DNA from: Terriglobia bacterium
GTDB lineage: Bacteria; Acidobacteriota; Terriglobia; UBA7540
Direction: 5' to 3'
NCBI GenBank assembly: GCA_030040295.1
Contig: JASHTZ010000549.1
Coordinates: forward strand, 1-24,325
Length of the DNA stretch: 24,325 nucleotides
The notes below the pieces were generated by a model. That model did no database searches. It was given only the letters and a program-made list of their open reading frames with translations, and was not told the DNA's origin. A program made the translations under genes and the position numbers. Shown piece by piece: positions 1-7,075 of this stretch (within the stretch, counting starts at the first letter, position 1; the number at the start of each line of letters is the position of its first letter).

Positions 1-779
1 TGGATGGTTGCGGGAAGACAGATGGAGATGGTCGTGAAGAGGCCGTTGTATCGCGTTGTAGATGCGGTCCCAGTGTTTCCATTGGGGCCAAAATTGACGA
101 AGAGCGGGGCGGTATTAGTGTTGGTCAGGGTTAAGGTGGTGGAAGCGGTGGGCGTGGTCAAAGCGGAATCCGTAGCCGTCACAGCAACGGTGATGGGGTT
201 GGGTAGCGCGGCCGGGGCAGTATAGAGTCCGGAGGAGGAGATTGTCCCGATAGTGGAATTTCCCCCTGCCACGCCATTCACCGACCAGGTGGCGGCAGCA
301 TCCACCGTGCCGTTCAACGTGGCTGAATACTGCACGCTGGTTCCCACCGGAGTGAAAGAATTGACGGGAGCGACGGAGAGCACAGCATTCGTAGGCGGAG
401 GCGTGATGGTTACGGTCGCCGCTCCGAAGGGATAAGTCTCCGACTGGCTGATCGCCTCGACCGTGACAGTGGCCGGCGTGGGCACCGTCGCCGGCGCAGT
501 GTATAATCCCGTCGAGCTGACCGTTCCTACAGTGGAATCACCACCCTGAACGTTATTCACATCCCAGATAATCGTGGTGCTGAAGGACGTGACGACTGTA
601 GCGGTGAATTGTATCGTCCCGCCCGCCTGCACGGAGGCAGAAGTGGGCGCAAGACTCACCACCGGCAAGGCAACGTCGTTCCCGGTGCGGGTAACCGTGC
701 AGGAGGCCAGAAACATTCCAGTAGCCACAGCCGCCAGAAGGCTCGCCCGCGGGACCGCGGAGAGCTTATTTGCCCTCAT
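1..779 (-). CDS. DUF3443-family lipoprotein paralog C (5' part; truncated by window edge): lipoprotein signal, two Big_2-like Ig repeats, start of DUF3443 domain
   Basis: Hand translation from ATG at 779 (RBS GAGGAGG upstream) is open for 259 codons to the edge. It reads MRANKLSAVPRASLLAAVATGMFLASC (lipobox LASC), then two repeats of the type ..W.VN.V.GG.ST.GT.SS.GLYTAPA..P.P..V.V.A, then FVNFGPNG...YNGLFTTISICLP, which matches the N-terminal motif of paralogs B (YLGPTG...NGIFTSVTVCAP) and A (NNITTTVTVCVP). Absent from the supplied ORF track. Confidence 0.85.
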   Translation of the reverse strand, partial: MRANKLSAVPRASLLAAVATGMFLASCTVTRTGNDVALPVVSLAPTSASVQAGGTIQFTATVVTSFSTTIIWDVNNVQGGDSTVGTVSSTGLYTAPATVPTPATVTVEAISQSETYPFGAATVTITPPPTNAVLSVAPVNSFTPVGTSVQYSATLNGTVDAAATWSVNGVAGGNSTIGTISSSGLYTAPAALPNPITVAVTATDSALTTPTASTTLTLTNTNTAPLFVNFGPNGNTGTASTTRYNGLFTTISICLPATI

Positions 780-1239
780 TGCACCTCCTCAGGGGGCTTC
801 GGGACCCCAATCCCCCAAAGAGCTTTCCTGAACTTCCCGAATTCCAATCCGCGCCACCTTTCCTCAGTCACTCTGAATTGATAAGAAGCTTTACCCAACA
901 TGGCAAGACTAAACAAAATAGCACAGACTGCCTGAAGCCATCCAGTGCGGAGAAAGCTGGCTTGCTCCTGAGCGCTGCCGAGGCCCAACCAAAATCACTC
1001 GTCACCTAGATCACGTTCGTTGGCCGCAAAGACTTCGTGGCACGAGCATCTTGCCAGAGATCCTGACATGGCCTGGGAGGCTGTGTCACCATTGGGTTGC
1101 GGCTGCGATCTCTTTGGTAAATCAGGCCGTTGAACTTCGCAAGCTTTCCACCAAAAGGCACTGAACTATGATGCCCCGGTCGCAACCGTGGTTGTAGGTG
1201 TAGGAAAGAGAAGAGGGACGACCAACCGAAACCTGGAAG

Positions 1240-1283
1240 CGGGGACGCAAACCTTGGGGGCCGAAAAATCGGTCCTGCGCCCA
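1240..1283 (-). repeat. Palindromic element just downstream of the DUF3443-B stop (copy 2)
   Basis: Minus strand GGGCGCAGGACCGATTTTTCGGCCCCCAAGGTTTGCGTCCCC: outer stem GGGCGCA/TGCGTCC and inner hairpin CCGA-TTTT-TCGG. Near-identical to 3301-3345. Confidence 0.7.
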
Positions 1284-1300
1284 CGGATATGAACCAAAAC

Positions 1301-2725
1301 CTAAAACGCCCAATAGCCGTTGGGGGACGCCGTGCCCTCTGAGATCCCGACGTAGAGGGGGCGGCCAAAAAAGAATGGCAATCCCAGGTCCCAATAATCC
1401 GTCGCGGGGCTGCACGGAGAGGTTGAACTGGAAATACAGCTTGGGCCGCCCAAGTCATCGAAAGCGGCGTTGCCGGTGCCCACCAGCGACTCGGTGTTGG
1501 CAATGACGAGTGAAACGCTGGTGCTGGTGGAGTTGTAACCTGCCAGCCCCAACGGCAGGAGGTTCAGAGTCGAGGTCGGGCAATAGAAGCCGGCGAAATC
1601 GGAGCTGGTGCAATCCGTGGTGCCCAAGGTTCCGGCGTCAGAAACGTAAAGTGCATTCGACCCGCTATCAATGAAGGTTCCACCACTGTTGCTCGACGTA
1701 TAGGTGATGCTGTTATAAGAGGCTGTGGCGAAATTTCCATCTTCGTCCAGTTCGTAAATAGCGTGCGAACTAATTCCGTTGTTGCTTTCCGTGCTTATCC
1801 CAAAGGTCAGGGTGCCGCTGGCGGTAGCCGCTCCGTTGGCAGCGACGGACGGCAGTGAGATTTGTGTGCCGTTATTGTCCGCAGGAAGCGCCGAAACGAA
1901 ATTCCATACCTGATCCCCTTCGGGAGTGGTTCCGTCCACGATGCCTGCGCCAGTGCTGGCGTCGTAACCCATGTACATGCCGGTGACTTCGTCGGAGCAG
2001 TAGTTGGTGGTGGCCAGCACGCAGTCCTGCGGGAAGTTGCCGATTCCCAGAATGCCGTTGGCCCCCAGAGTGGACACCGTGTCGGCATCGGGTCCGCCTG
2101 AAAACGACTCATCGTTCGAGCCCGGAACAGTGAGGCAGGGATTGTTCGCTGTGCTCGCGCCGTATTGAATGGTTTGGGGAGGAGCGGCGGTGGTGATCAC
2201 CTGAATGGGAATTCCCGTATTGGCCGCAACTCCAGGAAGATTCGAAGACGTTTCCCCACCCACTGTAACCGTAGCCATTTCGACTGGACCCCAAGTATAG
2301 GACAAGTCCCCGTATTCAACGCATTCATACTCAGGTTCGCCGCTGGAAGGGTCCGTAACCTGTTTCAGGCCGAGGTTGCCAACCTGCGAGGCCGAAATGC
2401 CCTGCGCATTCGAGCCCAGCACGCGCAAGCCTACCGAGCCGGTATCCACCAGAACATTGGGGATGGTGGTGCAACTCGTGGTGCTGCCCGGCGCGCAGAC
2501 CGTTACGCTGGTGAAGATGCCATTATCGTAGTTTCCCGTAGGCCCCAGGTAGACATTCACCGTGACCGTGTCTGCCGAACTGCTTGAGGCTGTCGTGCTG
2601 GTGCTGCTGGTTGAGTGCGCGCCGCCGCACGCGGCCAAAACGATCAAGCTCGCGATGAGGCCTAGCAAACGGACGGATATCCCCACAAACTCGCCCTTTC
2701 CAGAAAAGGAGGCAATTTTCCCCAT
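1301..2725 (-). CDS. DUF3443-family lipoprotein paralog B, pepsin-like aspartic protease signature, 474 aa
   Basis: RBS AGGAG; lipobox LAAC33; Ser/Thr linker; motifs VLVDTGSVGLR, NGILGIG, WNFVSALPADNNG (DUF3443 NPV/DNNG-type motif), FIDSGSNALY, DLGLPFFFG; C-terminal NGYWAF. Confidence 0.85.
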   Translation of the reverse strand: MGKIASFSGKGEFVGISVRLLGLIASLIVLAACGGAHSTSSTSTTASSSSADTVTVNVYLGPTGNYDNGIFTSVTVCAPGSTTSCTTIPNVLVDTGSVGLRVLGSNAQGISASQVGNLGLKQVTDPSSGEPEYECVEYGDLSYTWGPVEMATVTVGGETSSNLPGVAANTGIPIQVITTAAPPQTIQYGASTANNPCLTVPGSNDESFSGGPDADTVSTLGANGILGIGNFPQDCVLATTNYCSDEVTGMYMGYDASTGAGIVDGTTPEGDQVWNFVSALPADNNGTQISLPSVAANGAATASGTLTFGISTESNNGISSHAIYELDEDGNFATASYNSITYTSSNSGGTFIDSGSNALYVSDAGTLGTTDCTSSDFAGFYCPTSTLNLLPLGLAGYNSTSTSVSLVIANTESLVGTGNAAFDDLGGPSCISSSTSPCSPATDYWDLGLPFFFGRPLYVGISEGTASPNGYWAF

Positions 2726-2729
2726 GGTT

Positions 2730-2781
2730 CCGACTCCTGAATAATTTTGCGTGCTGATTCCTGAATCCAGACTCCTGCTTT
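2730..2781. repeat. Degenerate 7-bp tandem array (CTGAWTC-like)
   Basis: Units ccgactc ctgaata (2730-2743) and ctgattc ctgaatc cagactc ctgcttt (2754-2781). Confidence 0.6.
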
Positions 2782-3083
2782 TATTCCACCACTTGGGGTT
2801 TGAGAGAGGTGGGAATCAAACTGGGTATCCGGGCGCGTAATGGAAAGCTCATCATTCGCCCGAAGTTTGCGAACTTGAAATCATTACTCTGAATGGTAAC
2901 GGTGCGCCGTGGAATCATTTGGATGCGCTTGCCCTCTGACAAATTGCAATATCCCAGCAACTGATGAAAATTGGGAATGGCGTGTGCTGAAACTCTGAAC
3001 ATAGTCCCGGCCGCGCAGAAGTATTCATTGCCCACGCCACTCCTCTTTCGGTGCAACATGCCTCCGCGAGCTTCGTTCCTCAT
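2781..3083 (-). pseudogene. 5'-truncated, degenerate copy of the DUF2844-like gene at 6246-6689
   Basis: NEYFCAAGTMFRVSAHAIPNFHQLLG...IPRRTVTIQSNDF...FGRMM...PSLIP aligns with the last 86 aa of the intact copy (about 48 identities by manual alignment). It has two 2-residue deletions, has lost both Trp residues, and has no signal peptide or N-terminal third. Confidence 0.75.
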
Positions 3084-3300
3084 TCCTGTTGTTGGACGGC
3101 GGCTCCGACATTAGGGGTTTCCTAGCGAAAGGTAAAGAAAGGTTAATAAAAAACCGGGTCTGGACTTATTGCTCAAATGATGTTTTAAAGTGACTTGTTT
3201 TCTTAGGTATAGGCGCGAGAAGGCGCCTCGCCGCTAGGGAAGGTGGAATCCTGTGCCTGCCACAACAGAATCCCGTCTCAATGAAGTTTGTAAGTGAAAT

Positions 3301-3345
3301 GGGGGCGCAAGCCGTGGGTGGCCGAAAATCGGTCCTGCGCCCCCG
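3301..3345 (-). repeat. Palindromic element just downstream of the DUF3443-A stop (copy 1)
   Basis: Minus strand GGGGGCGCAGGACCGATTTTCGGCCACCCACGGCTTGCGCCCCC: stem GGGGGCGCA/TGCGCCCCC and inner CCGA-TTT-TCGG. Confidence 0.7.
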
Positions 3346-3360
3346 CTTAAAGGGAGAACT

Positions 3361-5919
3361 TTAGAACGCCCAATAGCCGTTGGCGTACGGACCGTTTGGA
3401 TTCGACGGCGTGGAAATGCCGATAAATACGCCATTCGGTTGGCCGAAGAAGAACGGCAGGCCCAGATCGATGTAGTCTGGGCTGACGCCGTCGGAAGGTT
3501 GGCAGTCTGCTGAGCCGCCCTCGCAACTCGGTCCCGCGAAGTCGTTGAACGCGGCGTTATTTGTCGCACTCAGTGTGTCGTAATTGCCGAGCACCAATGA
3601 AAGCGTCGTGGAGGGGTTGTTGGTGCCCGAGGTGGTGTACCCCGTCAGGGTGAGGGGCAGCATGTCGAACGGTTCCGGCGTCGTACCCGTGGTGGGGCAG
3701 TACCAACCGATATCATTTCCGCTCACAATGCAGTCGCCCATGGTCACTCCGTTCGAGGTACCGAGCGTAGTTTCGTCCAGGATGTAAAGCGCGTTCGAGC
3801 CGCTATCGAGGAACGATCCACCGCTGTTCGCGGAGGTGTAAGTTATTCCATTATATTCGGCGGAGTTGAAGTTGCCGTCTGCGTCCAATTCATACACGGT
3901 CTGCGTGGTAATGGCATTATTGGTTTCCGTGCCGATTCCAAACGTCAGCGTGCCCGTAACCGACATCGCCCCGCTGGAAGGCACGGATGGCAGGTTGATG
4001 ATGGATCCGGTGTTGTCCACAGGGAAAGCGGAGACGGGATTCCAAGCCTGGTAATTAAGGGGTGTTGGTTCTACGAGATAATTGACAACTGTAGTGCCAA
4101 CTACTTCGCCATCTTCCTCTTCGTCGACCGTTTCTCCGGCGCTGTCGTACTCAAGATACTGCCCCGTCGTCGTGCTGATGTTTGTGCATTCGTTGGTATT
4201 CGCAATAGCGCAATCCTGAGGGAAGTTGCCGATTCCCAGAATTCCGTTTGACCCCAAGCCAGCGACTGTGTCAGCGTCTATTTGCGTCTCGTCGTCCTCA
4301 TACGTAGGACCTAGACAGGGGTTGTAGTATGCCACATCCTCGTAACCAATACCTTCCGGCGGGGTTTCATCGCTAATAATCTGGATGGGAATACCCCCAT
4401 TTGCTGTTCCGCCTGACGCTGCGGGGACTTGCGAAGCGGTTTCACTGCCCACCGTAACCGTGGCATATGCCATCTGCCCCCAGGTGTAGGACAAATCGCC
4501 GAACAGGACGCACTCATACAGCGGATAGCCGGTGGATGAGTCGGTAATCGTCGGCAGGCCCAGCGAGCCGACCTGCGCGCCCGCCGTTACATTTTCGGCT
4601 CCGGAAGAAAGCAACCGCAGTCCTACCGAGCCCGTATCCACCAGAACGTCGGGAATGGTGGTGCAAGTGGTCGTGTTCGGCACGCAGACCGTCACCGTGG
4701 TGGTGATGTTGTTGACATAGCCGCCCGACTGCCCGAGCAGCCCGAATGAAACGTTGAGGTCTGCGGTGTTGGAGGTCGGTGAGAAACCCGTTCCGGTCAG
4801 ACTGATGTTCTGGGTGCTGCCGGACACGCCGCCGGAATTATCCGTGATGGTCACTGCGGCACTCAGGGTCCCTGCAGCCTCAGGCGTGAAGTTGACATAC
4901 ACGGAGCAATTGGCGCTCGCCGCCAGGCTCTGCCCGCTATAGGTGCATTGATTCGTGCCGGTGGTCAGTGCAAAGTCGGAGCTATCTGTCCCACCGAGCG
5001 CGATGCTCGCAATGGTCAGCGAGGCGGTCGTAGACGTGTTGGTGATGGTCACCGATTGAGTCGCGGCCGTGGAGCCTTCCGTCGTGCTCGCAAAGGTCAG
5101 GCTGATGCTGGAAAGGCCCACGGTGCCGGTCGCGCCCGTTCCAGTCAAACTGATCGTCTGGGGGCTGTTGCCCGCATTGTCACTGACGGTGAGCGTGGCG
5201 GTGGCCGTGCCGCTGGCAGTGGGCGTAAAGGTGACATCGATCGTGCAAGTATTATTTGTAGTTGCTGCAAGTGTTGAACCGCTGGCCGGACAGGTGCTCG
5301 ATTGGATCGCAAAATCTCCGGCATTGGTTCCAGTTATCGACGGGGCGGAGGAAATGGTAAGGGGAACGGTGCCGGTGTTAGTGAGCGTGGCGGCCTGCGC
5401 AGAGCTTGAGCTGCCTATGCCCTGGGTCGAAAAAGTCAGGCCCGCGGCGGGAGTCAGCGTGGCCGTGGGAGCCGCCGCGGCTCCGCTCAGGCTCACCGTC
5501 TGCGTTCCCACATTATCCGCAATGCTCAGGGTCCCAGTCAGTCCCGATCCGGCGCTGGTGGACACGAACGTGACTGTCACCGTGCAGTTCGCTCCCGCGC
5601 TAATTCCCGTGCCGCAGGTGTTGGATTGGGTGAAGTCGCCGGAATTTGTACCGGAAATCGAAAAGCCGGTGAAGGAGAGTGAGGCGGAGCCGGAATCCGT
5701 AACCGTGACCGTCTGAAGAGAGCTGGCGCTGATCGGGGCCGCAAAGGTAAGGCTCGTGGCGCTAAGCGTAACGGCGGCAGTGGGCGTGCTCGTGCTGGAA
5801 CTGCTCGAACCACCGCCGCATCCGGCCATGATCGTCAAACCCGCGATGATGATGCTAACCCGCACCAGCATCATGCAGGAATCCTGCTTACTGGCGAAAG
5901 ACGATACTTTAGCGCGCAT
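3361..5919 (-). CDS. DUF3443-family lipoprotein paralog A with three ASH/choice-of-anchor-D-like Ig domains and a pepsin-like catalytic domain, 852 aa
   Basis: RBS GAGGAG before ATG 5919; lipobox MAGC34; three repeats LTF..........T(V/L/I)T(D/N)......L.......G....DF......C.......(N)C...V.F.......T.TL.(I/V).DN.....Q..SL.G; then VLVDTGSVGLR, NGILGIG, WNPVSAFPVDNTG, FLDSGSNALY, DLGLPFFFG, NGYWAF. Confidence 0.85.
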   Translation of the reverse strand: MRAKVSSFASKQDSCMMLVRVSIIIAGLTIMAGCGGGSSSSSTSTPTAAVTLSATSLTFAAPISASSLQTVTVTDSGSASLSFTGFSISGTNSGDFTQSNTCGTGISAGANCTVTVTFVSTSAGSGLTGTLSIADNVGTQTVSLSGAAAAPTATLTPAAGLTFSTQGIGSSSSAQAATLTNTGTVPLTISSAPSITGTNAGDFAIQSSTCPASGSTLAATTNNTCTIDVTFTPTASGTATATLTVSDNAGNSPQTISLTGTGATGTVGLSSISLTFASTTEGSTAATQSVTITNTSTTASLTIASIALGGTDSSDFALTTGTNQCTYSGQSLAASANCSVYVNFTPEAAGTLSAAVTITDNSGGVSGSTQNISLTGTGFSPTSNTADLNVSFGLLGQSGGYVNNITTTVTVCVPNTTTCTTIPDVLVDTGSVGLRLLSSGAENVTAGAQVGSLGLPTITDSSTGYPLYECVLFGDLSYTWGQMAYATVTVGSETASQVPAASGGTANGGIPIQIISDETPPEGIGYEDVAYYNPCLGPTYEDDETQIDADTVAGLGSNGILGIGNFPQDCAIANTNECTNISTTTGQYLEYDSAGETVDEEEDGEVVGTTVVNYLVEPTPLNYQAWNPVSAFPVDNTGSIINLPSVPSSGAMSVTGTLTFGIGTETNNAITTQTVYELDADGNFNSAEYNGITYTSANSGGSFLDSGSNALYILDETTLGTSNGVTMGDCIVSGNDIGWYCPTTGTTPEPFDMLPLTLTGYTTSGTNNPSTTLSLVLGNYDTLSATNNAAFNDFAGPSCEGGSADCQPSDGVSPDYIDLGLPFFFGQPNGVFIGISTPSNPNGPYANGYWAF

Positions 5920-5950
5920 AATTCACACTCCTCACCCACAAACCGGGGGC

Positions 5951-5972
5951 CTGAATTCCTGACTCCTGAATT
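5951..5972. repeat. Degenerate 7-bp tandem array upstream of DUF3443-A
   Basis: ctgaattc ctgactc ctgaatt, with weaker units continuing at about 6002-6050 (ttgactc tgactac). Same unit family as 2730-2781. Confidence 0.55.
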
Positions 5973-6245
5973 TTCTTTCCTCAATCCTAAGTTTCTTGGT
6001 CCTGAACTACGAGATCCTAAAATTTGACTCTGACTACCGAATGCTGCTGAAAATCTGCAACCGTTGCAGTTGCAATCCCTCGCCAGGAGGCTTTGGGCCG
6101 CAGGGCGAGGGCCACCCCTTACCTGTTATGTCGGCGGCCTCCCATCACCGGTCTGCGCTTGGAGAGCGCCGCTACAACCTGGGCGTGGGACGACCGCGAG
6201 GACCGCCCCATTTGCCGAACAGTTCCTCAATCCCGAATCCCGCCC

Positions 6246-6689
6246 CTATTGCACAGTGGCTGGCGTGAGGTTGGAGGGGATCAGGCTGGGCGCCCAGGCG
6301 CGCCCGTGAAAATTCATCATTCGCCCGAAGCTGGTCATGACAAAGTCATTCCCCTGAATGGTAACCGCGCGGCGCGGAATGACATTCGTGCGCTGGCCCT
6401 GCTGGAAATTGGTGAAATAATTCCCCAGCAATTGATGGAGGTTGGGAATGGAATGGCCTTTCCAGGAAACTCCGAACACCGTCCCCGATGGCGACACGTA
6501 TTCGTTGATCATGCTGCCGTCCTGCATCGTGATCTGGTGGAGATTGAAGCCCACCTTGGCAACCAACGCGTGCTGGCCGTTGAAAGCCTGCGCGTCTGAA
6601 TCGACGGAGGCGACGTTGCTGCCCAGCGCGGCCCAAGCGGGCACGCTGGCTATCGCGAGCGTAAACAAGATTGCGATAACTCTCTTCAT
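6246..6689 (-). CDS. DUF2844-family secreted protein, 147 aa
   Basis: Sec signal MKRVIAILFTLAIASVPAWA|ALG; motifs ALG, INEYVSPSGTVFGVSWKG..PNLHQLLGNYF, SFGRM..F.GRAW.PSL.P. Sits directly upstream of DUF3443, the pairing known from Burkholderiales. Confidence 0.8.
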   Translation of the reverse strand: MKRVIAILFTLAIASVPAWAALGSNVASVDSDAQAFNGQHALVAKVGFNLHQITMQDGSMINEYVSPSGTVFGVSWKGHSIPNLHQLLGNYFTNFQQGQRTNVIPRRAVTIQGNDFVMTSFGRMMNFHGRAWAPSLIPSNLTPATVQ

Positions 6690-7075
6690 AAATTTTCACC
6701 CTGCCTTTCCCGGAAAAGGTTTCCCCAGATTCAACTCGTAAGAAGCTATTTTGCCACCAAAGGGTTTGTTGCTGCTTGTTAAATAATTGCAAAATCCCTA
6801 GTTAGCTCGATGGGGCTTGCGTATTGTCCCACCGGCCATCACTTCGCAAGCCTTTGACAACCAGGTGCTGTAAACCTATGCCCTTCAAGAGCCTCCAACA
6901 AAATCGAACCGATGAGGGCACAGGGGTTCACGAAAATGTTCTTCGCTCTACTCCCCTATTAACACGAATCCATAGCGGAAGTTTCCGTCTAATGGGCAAG
7001 GGGTGGGAAGGTTCTTGAGGGGGATCAGTTCAAAAAGAAAAAGGGAGCGCGGATGCATGCGAGGTCAAAACGGTC

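Noticed and set aside
1038-1054. TGGCACG...TTGC sigma54-like site on the plus strand
   Set aside because: Spacing is GG-N12-GC rather than the strict N10, and it points away from the local genes.
1030-1110. Faint c-di-GMP-I riboswitch resemblance on the minus strand (GCAACCC-AAT-GGTGACACAGCC, 1100-1079) in the long leader of paralog C
   Set aside because: It lacks the GNRA-capped stem and the tetraloop receptor; only an Rfam cmsearch hit would justify a call.
1301-1318. C-terminal YWAF as a BAM beta-signal implying an outer-membrane barrel or autotransporter
   Set aside because: No amphipathic barrel precedes it; it fits the last strand of the catalytic domain, and the proteins have lipoboxes.
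3118-3241. 10-bp imperfect inverted repeat (tttcctagcg / cgctagggaa) around AT-rich DNA, considered as a MITE that disrupted the DUF2844 copy
   Set aside because: Too short, single copy in the window, and no target-site duplication visible.
6824-7018. Small ORF or structured RNA in the gap between Hpt and DUF2844
   Set aside because: No RBS, coding motif or recognisable tRNA or riboswitch consensus; more likely promoter DNA.
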